64,000 bases of DNA from Alphaproteobacteria bacterium (GTDB taxonomy: Bacteria; Pseudomonadota; Alphaproteobacteria; SP197). A program made the position numbers and the translations under genes. Positions 21,642 to 35,607 of the stretch are shown piece after piece. The notes under the pieces were generated by a model, which made no database searches, had not been told where the DNA came from, and saw only the letters and a program-made list of their open reading frames with translations. The DNA lies in contig OZ219747.1 in the NCBI GenBank assembly GCA_964291265.2, positions 3,200,001 to 3,264,000 of the forward strand, read 5' to 3'. How positions within the stretch are numbered: position 1 is the stretch's first letter; every line of letters starts with the position of its first letter.

Positions 21642-22754
21642 TTAAAGGCCGGCGAAACGCTCGAGGTGCCAGTCGATGTCGCCAAACTGGCGATGGATGA
21701 CGCTCAGTCGCTTGAAGTGGTGGCCGGCTTCGTAATCCCGGGTCATGGCGATGCCGCCGTGAAGCTGCACCGCTTCCTGTCCGACAAGGCGTCCGGCCTT
21801 GTCGCACTGCACTTTCATGGCCGATACCGACCTTTGGCGCTCGGCAGCGTCGGTGGCGTCGACATCACCCATGTAGACGGTTGTCATCGAGCGCGACTCC
21901 TCGAGCGCCACGAACATGTCCACCATGCGATGTTGCAGGACCTGGAACCTGCCGATCGGCTGGCCGAATTGTTCGCGGGTCTTCGAGTACTCAACCGTGA
22001 GATCATTGAGGCGGGACATGAGGCCAAGCGACTCGGCACAGACCGCGGCGGCGGCCCGGTCAACGACCTCGGACACCACGCCATGGGCTTCGCCCGCGGT
22101 GCCGAGCAGACGCGCGGGAGCGTCGTTGAAATCGATCTCCGCGGCTCGCCTGCTGTCATTGGTCGGATAGGTGCGCCTTGAAACACCATCGCCGTCACTG
22201 TCCACTAGGAAGAGTGAAAGACCATTGCGTTCCTGCACCATGCCTGACGTTCTGGCCGTGACAACGAGGGAGTCGGCGGTATCGCCGTTGAGGACCAGGC
22301 TCTTGCGGCCGTTGAGGATCCAGTTGTTCCCCGATCGCGTGGCTCGGGTGGTCACGTGGTCGATGCGATAGCGTGATCGCGGTTCGGTGAAGGCGAAGGA
22401 GAGCAGATGCTCACCTGCGGTGACCCGGGCAATGATCTCCGCGCCCGCGTCCCCGCCATCGGCGATGGCGATGGCCTTCGCCGCCATCACGATGCTGGGA
22501 AGGAACGGTTCGACCACGAGACCGCGTCCCAGGCCCTCCATGACGATGGCGACATCCCTGGCACTGCCAAACTCGGCTTCCAGACCGACGCCGAGCCATC
22601 CGAGTTCGGCGAACTCCTTCCACAGCGAGCGGCTGAATCCCTCATCTTCGGCGACCGATGCGCGGTGACGTTCGAAGCTGTACTCGCGTTCGACAAAGCG
22701 ATCGACACTGTCGCGCAGCAGCTGCTGCCCCTCGTTGAGTTCCAGGTTCAGCAT
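21642..22754 (-). CDS. Acyl-CoA dehydrogenase, PimD-like small subunit
   Basis: REQFGQPIGRFQVLQHR and QLHGGIAMT. Confidence 0.9.
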   Translation of the reverse strand: MLNLELNEGQQLLRDSVDRFVEREYSFERHRASVAEDEGFSRSLWKEFAELGWLGVGLEAEFGSARDVAIVMEGLGRGLVVEPFLPSIVMAAKAIAIADGGDAGAEIIARVTAGEHLLSFAFTEPRSRYRIDHVTTRATRSGNNWILNGRKSLVLNGDTADSLVVTARTSGMVQERNGLSLFLVDSDGDGVSRRTYPTNDSRRAAEIDFNDAPARLLGTAGEAHGVVSEVVDRAAAAVCAESLGLMSRLNDLTVEYSKTREQFGQPIGRFQVLQHRMVDMFVALEESRSMTTVYMGDVDATDAAERQRSVSAMKVQCDKAGRLVGQEAVQLHGGIAMTRDYEAGHHFKRLSVIHRQFGDIDWHLERFAGL

Positions 22755-22959
22755 TAGACCGTAGTTCCAGTTACATTCAGGCGTATTATTTTGTTTGTCT
22801 TGACGTTCGAGAGAATCGAGTCAGTCGCTACCGGGAACGCTGCATGGTGAGCGTTCGGGGATCACCCGAGGACATCGGAGCACCGCTGTGTCTCCTGGCG
22901 ATCAGCGTTCCGATCATTCAACGAAATTCCGATCAATCGAACACGCCTTGTCACGGGTA

Positions 22960-25257
22960 TCACAGGTCGAAGTCAAAATCATCTGCAGTGAGTGCCGTCA
23001 CGGAATCGATACCCATCAGCGTGATGGAACTTTGGTTGTAGCTGACAACCAGATTCTTGCCATCTTCGGACAGGGAAAAGCCGAGGTTGTTGTAGGAAAC
23101 TCCAATTTCGGACGAAAACCCGATCGTGTCCTCACCGGAATGAAAGCCATGAATCGTGTCGTCCCCGTTATTGCGACTCTGGAATGCGAAAACGTCATCG
23201 CCCCGGCCGCCATAGAGTCTATCGTCGCCGTCGCCGCCATCGAGATGATCGTCGCCGTCATCACCACTCAGATCGTCATTACCGGCATGGCCGTAGAGCT
23301 TGTCGTCGCCGCTGCCGCCGATGAGACCATCGAATCCCCCACCACCGTAAAGGTTGTCGTTCCCGTCGCCGGCGTTCAGTGTGTCATCACCATTGTAGCC
23401 GTAGAGGGTGTCGTTCCCGCTCCCACCCTTGATACCATCGACACCGGTGTCGCCGAAAAGGCGATCATCGCCGTCGCCGCCATCGAGAAAATTCAACACA
23501 CCGTCGCCACCGCGGAGAATGTCGTTGCCGTCGCCGCCATAGAGATGATCCACCCCGGCACCGCCACTGAGGTCGTCTATGCCGTCCCCTCCGTAAAGGT
23601 GGTCATTGCCGTCTCCACCATTCAGAACGTCGCCTCCACCGTAGCCATGGAGGATGTCGTTGCCGCTCCCACCTTTGAGAGCATCGATGCCCGCGCCGCC
23701 ATACAGGTGGTCGTTACCGTCGCCGCCGTCGAGAAAGTTCAAGGTCCCGTCACCGCCGCGAAGAGTGTCGTTGCCGCCACCCCCCTCGAGATGATCGTTG
23801 CCGCCGTCGCCATGAAGGATGTCGTCGCCACCCCCGCCGTAGAGGTGGTCGTTGTCGTCACCACCCTCGAGGCGGTCGTCACCAAGGTCGCCGTAGAGAG
23901 TGTCCGCGCCCTTGCCGCCATACAGCTTGTCGTTGCCGCCCTTGCCGAGGAGGCGATCGTTCCCTCCTTTCCCGTTCAGTTCATCGTCACCGTCGGTACC
24001 TTCAAGGGGACGATCGGGAAGGTCGGTGCCATCGATGATCCAGATGGTTGAAGTGACTTGACCTTCAAAATTGGATCTGACGATCTGTGTTGACTGTACA
24101 TCGCTCAGCGTGATCGTTCCGTTCTTGTAGGTGACGACAGTATCGTCACCGGATTGCCCGATCTTGACTTCATTGACAATATCGGTGCCTCCATTGAAAA
24201 CGATCCTGTCTCCCTTTTCGAAGTCGGTAATGGTGTCCTTCCTGCCTTCGTCGTCTTTGCTCAGCGAAAAAACAAAGCGATCGTTCCCCTTGCCTCCGGT
24301 CAGCGTGCTGTCGCCATCGATGTCGACAATGGTGTTGTCTCCCGCGAGCTCATGAAATTTAAAGCGGATTCTCTCGGTCTGGGACACCAGCGCGCCCGCC
24401 AAGCGAACCGTCCCGCCATCCCAAGTGAGCGTGGCATAGTGGGCTTCCCCATCTACTTCACCCAGGAACTCGATGTCATCGTAGTTGATATAGGGGGAGT
24501 CAAATCGAATTATGTCATGATCGAGTTCAAAGTCGTAGATTCCGTCGGATCCATTGTTTTCAGCTTCAAGGATAAATATGTCCTCGCCGCCTCTATGGGG
24601 CGAGATACCGTGCGTCTGTCCGCCGGCGTCACCCCACATGATGTCGTTGCCGGCACCGCCCCGGATGATGTCGTCGCCCGCCCGGCCCTCAAGTCGATCA
24701 TGGCCACTGCCTCCGTAGATTTGATCATTGCCGCCGTTGTCATCATCGAGGGCGTCGCCATAGATCCAATCGTCGTCGGCGCCGCCGTAGAGGTGGTCGC
24801 TGCCGGCATCACCGAAAATCTCATCGCTGTTTTCTTGGCCATATATCGTGTCATCGTCTTCGCCGCCGTGCAGGACATCGTTGCCGGCACCACCGTAGAT
24901 TGTGTCTTCTCCGTCACCGCCCTCAAGGCGGTCATTTCCGGCAGAACCGTGAATGGTGTCATCGCCGGCATCACCGTAAATTGTGTCTTTTTTGTCATCG
25001 ACCCCCGGGTGGTCATTGTCAGCAAAACCGTAGATGGTATCGTCACCGGCACCACCGTAGATGGTATCTTCACCGACACCACCGTAAATTGTGTCGCTTC
25101 CGTCGCCGCCCTCAAGGCGGTCATTGCCGGCAAGACCGTGAATGATGTCATCGCCGGCAAGACCGTAAATGGTGTCGCCGTCAGCAGTGCCACGGAGAAT
25201 GTCCTTCCTCGGAGTACCGGAGATGGGATCCGGTGTGGCGGGAGTGGAATGGCTCAT
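22960..25257 (-). CDS. RTX/hemolysin-type Ca2+-binding repeat protein (765 aa)
   Basis: Dozens of GGxGxDxLx nonapeptides; C-terminal D.F.F / LTADDFDF typical of T1SS substrates. Confidence 0.92.
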   Translation of the reverse strand: MSHSTPATPDPISGTPRKDILRGTADGDTIYGLAGDDIIHGLAGNDRLEGGDGSDTIYGGVGEDTIYGGAGDDTIYGFADNDHPGVDDKKDTIYGDAGDDTIHGSAGNDRLEGGDGEDTIYGGAGNDVLHGGEDDDTIYGQENSDEIFGDAGSDHLYGGADDDWIYGDALDDDNGGNDQIYGGSGHDRLEGRAGDDIIRGGAGNDIMWGDAGGQTHGISPHRGGEDIFILEAENNGSDGIYDFELDHDIIRFDSPYINYDDIEFLGEVDGEAHYATLTWDGGTVRLAGALVSQTERIRFKFHELAGDNTIVDIDGDSTLTGGKGNDRFVFSLSKDDEGRKDTITDFEKGDRIVFNGGTDIVNEVKIGQSGDDTVVTYKNGTITLSDVQSTQIVRSNFEGQVTSTIWIIDGTDLPDRPLEGTDGDDELNGKGGNDRLLGKGGNDKLYGGKGADTLYGDLGDDRLEGGDDNDHLYGGGGDDILHGDGGNDHLEGGGGNDTLRGGDGTLNFLDGGDGNDHLYGGAGIDALKGGSGNDILHGYGGGDVLNGGDGNDHLYGGDGIDDLSGGAGVDHLYGGDGNDILRGGDGVLNFLDGGDGDDRLFGDTGVDGIKGGSGNDTLYGYNGDDTLNAGDGNDNLYGGGGFDGLIGGSGDDKLYGHAGNDDLSGDDGDDHLDGGDGDDRLYGGRGDDVFAFQSRNNGDDTIHGFHSGEDTIGFSSEIGVSYNNLGFSLSEDGKNLVVSYNQSSITLMGIDSVTALTADDFDFDL

Positions 25258-25481
25258 TTCTGAACTTCCTTTGTTGTTGGACGTCGTCTGGGCAACGCGA
25301 AACCAAGCCCCCGCACAGCAAGGACCCCCAGTTGTCCCTCGCCAAGGTCGCGCAAAGCGCTTGGCAAGGGTAAAGTGAAACGCTCTTCAATGCCGTGACT
25401 GATTTGGTGCGTTCTCCCGAACCATGGGTTGGCACACCTGGATCGCGAGAACATTCTCAATGCGACCTCCGAGGCCGGCGG

Positions 25482-28262
25482 TCAGCCCTGGAAATCGAAA
25501 TCGGCCTCGGTCAGTTGCGAGACCTGAATCCCCTCCAGGACGATCGCGAAGGTATCGGCGAGGTCGCCGATGACCGTGTCTTCGCCGCTTTGCTTGATCG
25601 TGAGGTCGGAGAACGCGAGGCCGCCCTTGATGACAAGGATGTCCTGTCCGTCCTCGAAATCGCGAATGCGGTCGGTTTCGGATGTGTTGTCGAAAACGAA
25701 CCGGTCGGCGCCCTTGCCGCCGGTCAGCGTATCGGCACCCTTGCCGCCGGTCAGCGTGTCGTCGCCGCCACGGCCGTAGAGCCGGTCGTCGCCGGCCCCG
25801 CCGTTGAGGGTGTCATCAAAGCCGTGGCCGTAGAGCCAGTCGTCGGCGTCGCTGCCGTTGATGATCCCGGTCAGGTGGTATCTGGAGTAGTAGTCGCTGG
25901 CACCGAAGACGAAGTCGTTCTGGCTCAGGGAGGAAGCCGACACGCCCGACAGGGTGATTGTATCGCCGTCGCCGTAGCGGATGACGGCATCGGCGCCGTC
26001 CTGCTCGATGGTCAGCGTCGCGAACCCGCCAGATACACCGAATTCAATCCTGTCTCCTGCACCGAAGTCGGTAATGGTGTCGTGTCCGTGTCCCGCACGA
26101 AAGGTATCGGCGCCTCTGCCGCCGGTCAGCGTGTCATCGCCTCCATCGCCGCGGAGGTAGTCGCTACCGGCTCCGCCGTTGAGGGTGTCGTCGCCGTTTT
26201 CGCCGTTGAGCAAATCGTCGCCGGCGCCACCGTGGAGCGTGTCGTTGCCATCGCCGGCGTAGAGGGTGTCGTCGCCGGCGCCGCCGCGGATGGTGTCGTC
26301 GCCATCGCCGCCTCTAAGGCGGTCGTTGCCCCTGCCGCCGGAGAGTGTGTCGTCCCCATCGTCGCCGTAGAGGGAGTCTCCACCGCGGCCGCCGTTGAGT
26401 GTGTCGTCACCGTCGCCGCCATTGAGGCCGTCGCTGCCGCCGCCACCGTAGAGTGTGTCGTCCCCATCGTCGCCGTAGAGGGAGTCTCCACCGCGGCCGC
26501 CGTAGAGTGTGTCGTCGCCCTGGCCGCCGTGGAGGCGGTCTGTGCCGTCGCCGCCGGAGAGTGTGTCGTTGCCGTGGTCGCCCGCGAGGGAGTCTCTGCC
26601 GGCACCGCCGAAGAGGCTGTCGTCCCCGGCGTGGCCACTGAGGGAGTCTCTGCCGTCGCCGCCGGAGAGTGTGTCGTTGCCCCCGCCGCCGTAGAGGTAG
26701 TCGTCGCCGACACCGCCGGAGAGTGTGTCGTCCCCGGCGTGGCCCATGAGGTAGTCGTTGCCGACACCGCCGTAGAGGTTGTCGTTGCCCCCGCCGCCGT
26801 AGAGGTAGTCGTTGCCCAGTTCCCCGTAGAGGTGGTCGTCGCCGTCGCGGCCATCGGCACCGGCGTAGTTATAGTCTTGGGGCCAGTATTCGTTGCGGTC
26901 GCCGTGGAGATGGTCGTCGCCCGCGCCGCCGCGCAGCTCATCGTCTCCGACTTGACCATAGATGAAGTTGTTGCCTTGATCTCCCCTGATCGTGTCGTCG
27001 CCCTCGCCGCCGTAGAAATAACGGCGGTTGGGGGCTTGCGTGCCGTCGTTGCCACTCCGTGGGTTGTCGCCGTCAGTTCCATCGGAGTTGTCAACGATGG
27101 CAACTTTGCTGTCGTCGGCAGAATCGCTTGGAGCACCATCTCCGGGAACGAACTGGAAGATATCCGCGTCAACGGAAGCCGCCGACACGCCGGACAGCAG
27201 GATGGTGTCGTCCCCGTCGCCATACCTGATGACAGCGTTGCCCTCATCGTCATCCTCGATGACCAGTCCGGCGAAACCGCCGGACACTCCGACGATCATG
27301 ATGGTGTCGCCGTCCTCGAAATCAGTGATCGTGTCGGTTCCGTCCCCGATCCGAAACTCGAAAGTGTCGGCGCCCTTGCCACCGGTCAGCGTGTCGGCGC
27401 CAGCGCCGCCGACAAGCCTGTCGTCCCCGTCGCCCCCGTTCAGCGTGTCGGCACCCTCGTGGCCGTAGAACCAGTCGTTGCCGTTACCGCCGTTGAGGGT
27501 ATCGTTGCCGTCGTTACCCCGGATCCTGTCATCGCCGTCGCCGCCGCTCAGCGTGTCGTCGCCACCAAGGCCGAAGAGCTTGTCGTCGCCGGCGCCGCCG
27601 TTCAGCGTGTCGTCTCCGTCGCTACCGTAGAGCGTGTCGTCTCCGCTGTTGCCGTTCGGCGAATTGCCACCGCTTTCATCGGGGTCGTCAACGACGGCAG
27701 GTTGCCGCTTGATCGGAGTAAAGATCCGTATCGGAGTGTCTTTCTCGTCATCGTCGGCAGAATCGCCTGGAGCATCGTCTCCGGAAACAAACTTGAAGCT
27801 CTCCTTGCCAAGGGATGCCGCCGATACACCGGACAGCCGGATGGTGTCGTCCCCGTCGCCATACCTGATGACAGCGTCGCCATCATCGTTGTCCTTGATG
27901 ACCAGTCCGGCGAACCCGCCGGTCACTCCGGTGATCTCGATGATGTCGCCGTCTTCGAAATCGACAATCAGGTCGGGACCGTCGCCGACCGCAAACACGA
28001 AGGTGTCGGCGCCCAGGCCGCCGAACAGATTGTCCCAGCCTCTGCCGCCATTCAGGATGTCGTCACCCTTACCGGAAAACAGCACATCGCTGCCGTTGCC
28101 TCCATGCAGCGTGTCGTCGCCGGCGCCTCCATACAGCGTGTCGTGGCCGTCGTTCCCATGCAGGACATCGTCGCCGCCAACACCATCGAGTGTATCGTCA
28201 CCACTGCCGCCCTGGAACTCATCGACGCCGTCGCTGCCAGTCTGCCAAATCGTCTTGGTCAA
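25482..28262 (-). CDS. RTX/hemolysin-type Ca2+-binding repeat protein (926 aa)
   Basis: GGxGDDTLx arrays; repeated GADTF...IRYGDGD.I.LSGVSA modules; TTG start with GGAGG RBS. Confidence 0.92.
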   Translation of the reverse strand: MTKTIWQTGSDGVDEFQGGSGDDTLDGVGGDDVLHGNDGHDTLYGGAGDDTLHGGNGSDVLFSGKGDDILNGGRGWDNLFGGLGADTFVFAVGDGPDLIVDFEDGDIIEITGVTGGFAGLVIKDNDDGDAVIRYGDGDDTIRLSGVSAASLGKESFKFVSGDDAPGDSADDDEKDTPIRIFTPIKRQPAVVDDPDESGGNSPNGNSGDDTLYGSDGDDTLNGGAGDDKLFGLGGDDTLSGGDGDDRIRGNDGNDTLNGGNGNDWFYGHEGADTLNGGDGDDRLVGGAGADTLTGGKGADTFEFRIGDGTDTITDFEDGDTIMIVGVSGGFAGLVIEDDDEGNAVIRYGDGDDTILLSGVSAASVDADIFQFVPGDGAPSDSADDSKVAIVDNSDGTDGDNPRSGNDGTQAPNRRYFYGGEGDDTIRGDQGNNFIYGQVGDDELRGGAGDDHLHGDRNEYWPQDYNYAGADGRDGDDHLYGELGNDYLYGGGGNDNLYGGVGNDYLMGHAGDDTLSGGVGDDYLYGGGGNDTLSGGDGRDSLSGHAGDDSLFGGAGRDSLAGDHGNDTLSGGDGTDRLHGGQGDDTLYGGRGGDSLYGDDGDDTLYGGGGSDGLNGGDGDDTLNGGRGGDSLYGDDGDDTLSGGRGNDRLRGGDGDDTIRGGAGDDTLYAGDGNDTLHGGAGDDLLNGENGDDTLNGGAGSDYLRGDGGDDTLTGGRGADTFRAGHGHDTITDFGAGDRIEFGVSGGFATLTIEQDGADAVIRYGDGDTITLSGVSASSLSQNDFVFGASDYYSRYHLTGIINGSDADDWLYGHGFDDTLNGGAGDDRLYGRGGDDTLTGGKGADTLTGGKGADRFVFDNTSETDRIRDFEDGQDILVIKGGLAFSDLTIKQSGEDTVIGDLADTFAIVLEGIQVSQLTEADFDFQG

Positions 28263-28298
28263 GGTTTTCCTCCCTCACAGAACCTCTGTGTCTAATCC

Positions 28299-28345
28299 GC
28301 TGCGTAGACAGACTGCTGCGTAGACAGACTGCTGCGTAGACAGAC
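28299..28345. repeat. 16-bp tandem repeat x3 (GCTGCGTAGACAGACT)
   Basis: Read directly; 37-83 bp upstream of the RTX start. Confidence 0.9.
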
Positions 28346-28387
28346 GATAGTACAGAACGAGTGCATGTGCAACTATTATTCTCGTAA

Positions 28388-28498
28388 CTGCCCAGGTTGG
28401 CGATGGGGCGCTTCTTGACCTGTCCGGCTTCGCGCCAGGACTCAGCGGAGCAGGATGGCGGGCGGAGAGGATCGGTTGGGGACGGCTTCGACGTCCAT
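28388..28498 (-). pseudogene. 5' relic of IS1634-like transposase
   Basis: MDVEAVPNRSSPPAILLR then (+1 shift) ESWREAGQVKKRPIANL, homologous to ~3125-3237. Confidence 0.85.
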
Positions 28499-28591
28499 GG
28501 TTACCGCACATGGGAACGCAACCGCCACGTGCCAGGCACAATCAACGACTTGGCATGAACATCACAGCTGGAAACCAAGCGGAACTTCGGT

Positions 28592-29773
28592 CTAGAGACC
28601 CAGGACGTGCTTGGCGATGATGTTCTTCTGGATCTCGTTGGACCCGCCGTAGATCGTCACCTTGCGGGTATTGAAGTAGTCGGGTGCAACAGGTGCTGCA
28701 TAGTCAGGACCCAGCGGTTCCTCGTTCCAGCCCTCCTCGAGGGCCCCTGGAGCATAGGGCAGCACGTAGGGGCCTGCAGCTTCCATGGCGAGTTCGGTCA
28801 TCAACTGATCGATCTCGGTGCCGCGGATCTTGATGTAGGAGGCCTCGTTGCCCGGGTCCTTGCCGGCCGCGGTGGACGACAGCAATCTCAGCATCGTCGA
28901 TTCGAGCGTCATGATCTGGATCTCGGCATCCGCCATCCTCATCCTGAATCCCGGATCAGCGTCGATGCCCTGATCCCCTGCCATGTGACGCAGGCGTTTC
29001 ATCTGCCGCTTGGCCTGGGGAATGCCGGCCATGTTGAAGCGCTCGTAGCCGAGAAGAAACTTGGCATAGGTCCAGCCCCGGTTCTCCTCGCCAATTCGGT
29101 TGGCGGCAGGTACGAGGACGTCATCGAAGACCACCTGATTCACCTCGTGGCCGCCTTCCATGGTGATGATCGGGTGAACCGTGATCCCGGCAGACGTCAT
29201 GTCGACAAGGAGGAACGTGATCCCCTCCTGCTTCTTGCCTTGGTTCGAGGTGCGCACCAGGAGAAAGATCCAGTCGGCATGGTGTGCCATTGTCGTCCAG
29301 GTCTTGGTGCCGTTGACAATGTAGTGATCGCCGTCAAGACGGGCCGCCGTCTTCAGGCTGGCGAGATCCGATCCGGAATTGGGTTCGGAGTATCCCTGGG
29401 CCCACCACACATCGCCCGCCAGGATGGGAGGCAGATGCTGTTTCTGCTGTTCCCGCGTGCCGAAGGTCCAGACGACCGGGGCGACCATTTCGGGACCGAA
29501 CGGCACCGGCGGCGGACAGCAGGCCTCGCCGGTTTCCGTTTCGAAGATGAAGTGGCGAACGGGCGTCCAGTCGCAGCCGCCGTGTTCCACCGGCCAGTGG
29601 GGACAGGACCAGCCCCTGGTGGCAAGCTTGCGGTGCCAGCCGACATAGTCCTCCTTGCCGAGACCAAGCCCCCTCTCCACGCGCTCGCGTGAGCCCGGGT
29701 CGCATTCCCGCTCGATGAAGTCCCGCAGCTCCTCGCGAAAGGCCTCATCGGCGGCCGTGAACGTCATCTGCAT
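28592..29773 (-). CDS. Acyl-CoA dehydrogenase, PimC-like large subunit
   Basis: WAQGYSEPNSGSDLASL and TIYGGSNEIQKNII. Confidence 0.92.
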   Translation of the reverse strand: MQMTFTAADEAFREELRDFIERECDPGSRERVERGLGLGKEDYVGWHRKLATRGWSCPHWPVEHGGCDWTPVRHFIFETETGEACCPPPVPFGPEMVAPVVWTFGTREQQKQHLPPILAGDVWWAQGYSEPNSGSDLASLKTAARLDGDHYIVNGTKTWTTMAHHADWIFLLVRTSNQGKKQEGITFLLVDMTSAGITVHPIITMEGGHEVNQVVFDDVLVPAANRIGEENRGWTYAKFLLGYERFNMAGIPQAKRQMKRLRHMAGDQGIDADPGFRMRMADAEIQIMTLESTMLRLLSSTAAGKDPGNEASYIKIRGTEIDQLMTELAMEAAGPYVLPYAPGALEEGWNEEPLGPDYAAPVAPDYFNTRKVTIYGGSNEIQKNIIAKHVLGL

Positions 29774-29843
29774 GAGTCCGGTATCCCCTTTCCCGACCAG
29801 AGATTTGAGTGGACAATCTAGTATGGCGCGATAACGATGCGCA

Positions 29844-30632
29844 ATGACAGGAAAGATGACCATGGGACTCTTCGACCTCACGGGAAAGGTTGTTGTCATC
29901 ACCGGCGCATCACGGGGAATCGGGCGCGCCATGGCCCTGCGCATGGCAGGCGCCGGCGCCCGTGTCGTCGTGTCCAGTCGCAAGCTCGACGCGTGTGAAG
30001 AGGTTGCCAGGACGATTCGCGATGCGGGCGCAGAGGCTGCTGCAGTGGCCTGCAATGTCAGCCACATCGACCAGTTGGAGCACCTGGTGACCTCGTCAAT
30101 CAACGCGTTCGGCCGGATCGACTGTCTCGTCGGCAACGCTGCCGTCAATCCGCACTACGGCCCGATGACGACCATCGGCGAGAGCGCTTTCGAGAAGATC
30201 ATCCATTGCAACGTCAGGGCCAACCTGTGGCTTGCCCGGCTGGTTCTCCCCGGCATGGCCGAACGCGGTGAAGGCTCCATCATCTACGTGTCGTCGATCG
30301 CCGGTATCAAGGGAACTGACGACATCGGCACCTATGGCATGTCGAAGGCAGCCGTCATCGCCATGGCGCGCAATCTCGCGGTCACCTGGGGGAAACGAGG
30401 CATAAGGGTCAACACCATCGCCCCTGGCCTGGTGCGCACGGACTTTGCAAGGGCGCTGTGGGAGGATCCGGAACGACTGGCGCAGGTCGAGGAACACTGT
30501 CCCATGAGGCGCATCGGTGAACCCGATGACATTGCCGGCACAGCGGTGTTCCTCGCTTCAGATGCCGCACGTTACATCACCGGCCAGACGATCGTGGTGG
30601 ATGGCGGTGGCACCATCGCCGCGGGACTGTGA
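29844..30632 (+). CDS. Short-chain dehydrogenase/reductase (SDR)
   Basis: TGASRGIG, YGMSK and VDGG. Confidence 0.93.
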   Translation: MTGKMTMGLFDLTGKVVVITGASRGIGRAMALRMAGAGARVVVSSRKLDACEEVARTIRDAGAEAAAVACNVSHIDQLEHLVTSSINAFGRIDCLVGNAAVNPHYGPMTTIGESAFEKIIHCNVRANLWLARLVLPGMAERGEGSIIYVSSIAGIKGTDDIGTYGMSKAAVIAMARNLAVTWGKRGIRVNTIAPGLVRTDFARALWEDPERLAQVEEHCPMRRIGEPDDIAGTAVFLASDAARYITGQTIVVDGGGTIAAGL

Positions 30633-30647
30633 GGGGAGATCACTGAC

Positions 30648-31139
30648 ATGGCTGACCTGAAGGCAACGTTCGCCGCCGGGTGTTTCTGGGGGCCGGAGGC
30701 CCGTTTCAGGGAGATCCGGGGTGTCCGTGATGCTGTTGTCGGTTACACCGGCGGTCACCAGGACCACCCGACCTATCACGAGGTGTGCACAGGGACCACC
30801 GGCCATGCAGAGGCCGTTCTGGTCTCGTTCGATCCCGAAGTCGTGAGCTATCGCGAGTTGCTTTCCCACTTCTGGGCGATGCACGATCCCACCACGGCCA
30901 ACCGGCAGGGACCCGACGTCGGCACCCAGTACCGTTCGGCAATCTTCGTTCACGACAAGGACCAGCGCGAAACGGCCCTTGCATCGCGCGATGACGAGCA
31001 GGCCCGGCGCCATGACGGACGCCGGATCGTCACCGAAATCCATGATGCCGGCACGTTCTGGGTGGCCGAGGACTACCACCAGAGATACATGGAAAGACAC
31101 CGGCAGCACTTCGGCTTGCGGCGCGCGTTTGGTCACTGA
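30648..31139 (+). CDS. msrA: Peptide-methionine (S)-S-oxide reductase
   Basis: GCFWG, GHAEAV, NRQGPDVGTQYRS and AEDYHQRY. Confidence 0.95.
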   Translation: MADLKATFAAGCFWGPEARFREIRGVRDAVVGYTGGHQDHPTYHEVCTGTTGHAEAVLVSFDPEVVSYRELLSHFWAMHDPTTANRQGPDVGTQYRSAIFVHDKDQRETALASRDDEQARRHDGRRIVTEIHDAGTFWVAEDYHQRYMERHRQHFGLRRAFGH

Positions 31140-32194
31140 CGCAACGTCAGTTCCTCGCACTTGGCAATCAGCGCCCGCACCCGGTGACCCATGATGGCGA
31201 AGCGTTCGTCACGTGTCTGGCCTCTCAGGTAACGAATGTAGATCTGCTGGATGATGACGGCGATCTTGAAGGTGACGAAGACCTCGTACCAGGGGAATCT
31301 CGAGACATCGAAGCCGGTGAGGTCCGCGTAGAGATCGACCAGCTCGGCACGTGTCGGGAATCCGGGTTTGTCTGTGGGCATCCAGACGGCTTCCCGCCAC
31401 GTTTCGCTGTCACTCGCTTCCGACCAGTAGGCCACGAGATTGGCCAGGTCCAGCAGCGGGTCGCCCCGCGTGCACATGTCCCAGTCGAGGACCGCGACGG
31501 CGTTCGAGAGGTCGTCCCGCGCCACCAGGATGTTGTCCAGCTTGAAATCGTTGTGGACGAGCGTCGCCGCGCCGGATGTCGGTCGTTCGGCGCGGATCCA
31601 GCGGACCAGGGCGGAGGCGTCCGGAGAGGTTTCATCCAGGGCGGCGTCCCAGCGCCCGGCCCAGCCCTCGACCTGACGGCCCACGAAGCCATCGGGCCGG
31701 CCGAGGTCGCCGAGACCGACCGCATCGACATCAACCCGGTGCAGACCGGCAAGAACCTCGGCGACCATGACGCCGATACGTCGGCAGAGGTCCGGCTTGC
31801 CGTCGGTGAGGTGGGGATTGGTGGCCCGCAGCACCAGACCATGACGCCGTTCCATGACATGGAAGTCGGCGCCGAGAACGGCGTCATCGGTACACAGCAG
31901 GTAGCTTCGGGGCGCCAGGTTCCATGCCCTCCACAGGCGCGAGAGAATGCGATGTTCGCGGCGCATGTCATGGGCTGAGGGCGCAACGGGACCCAGTGGC
32001 GGGCGCCTCAGAACATACTCCCGCCCGGCGAAATCGAGGAGGAAGGTCAGGTTGGCGTGACCGCCGCCAAACTGGCGAACGGTGAGTGGCCCGATGGCTC
32101 CCTCGAGGTTGTCGCGCAACCAGGGCTCGAGACGTTCCAGGTCGGGCCGTTCCTCCGGCCGGACCTCCATGGTCTCGGGATCACGGAACGTCAT
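31133..32194 (-). CDS. Phosphotransferase family protein (APH/ACAD10-like)
   Basis: GGHANLT, LRRPP, HNDFKLDN and VLDWDM. Confidence 0.9.
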   Translation of the reverse strand: MTFRDPETMEVRPEERPDLERLEPWLRDNLEGAIGPLTVRQFGGGHANLTFLLDFAGREYVLRRPPLGPVAPSAHDMRREHRILSRLWRAWNLAPRSYLLCTDDAVLGADFHVMERRHGLVLRATNPHLTDGKPDLCRRIGVMVAEVLAGLHRVDVDAVGLGDLGRPDGFVGRQVEGWAGRWDAALDETSPDASALVRWIRAERPTSGAATLVHNDFKLDNILVARDDLSNAVAVLDWDMCTRGDPLLDLANLVAYWSEASDSETWREAVWMPTDKPGFPTRAELVDLYADLTGFDVSRFPWYEVFVTFKIAVIIQQIYIRYLRGQTRDERFAIMGHRVRALIAKCEELTLRQ

Positions 32195-32204
32195 CGCCGG
32201 ACAT

Positions 32205-35502
<3,298 letters not shown>

Positions 35503-35607
35503 CTCCCGTGAACCCTGCCGGCCGGCGACACGGCACAAGCTCGGCATACACCTGAAACATCACCCGAATACTCTCACTATTCATCATTATACTGAGACAT
35601 TGCCATG

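Larger units (their letters stand above)
22757..28592 (-). mobile_element. Non-autonomous IS1634-like element (5836 bp) carrying two RTX genes
   Basis: Left end GACCGTAGTTCCAG and right end CAGCTGGAAACCAAGCGGAACTTCGGTC match the IS ends at 1430-5610; TA on both sides; transposase 5' relic inside. Confidence 0.85.

Noticed and set aside
22888-28295. Long plus-strand ORFs (22888-24051, 24154-25263, 25395-28295)
   Set aside because: Val/Ala-rich antisense shadows of the RTX repeats.
30648-31139. MsrA lacking C-terminal resolving cysteines
   Set aside because: Short MsrA variants are known; not enough to flag as novel.
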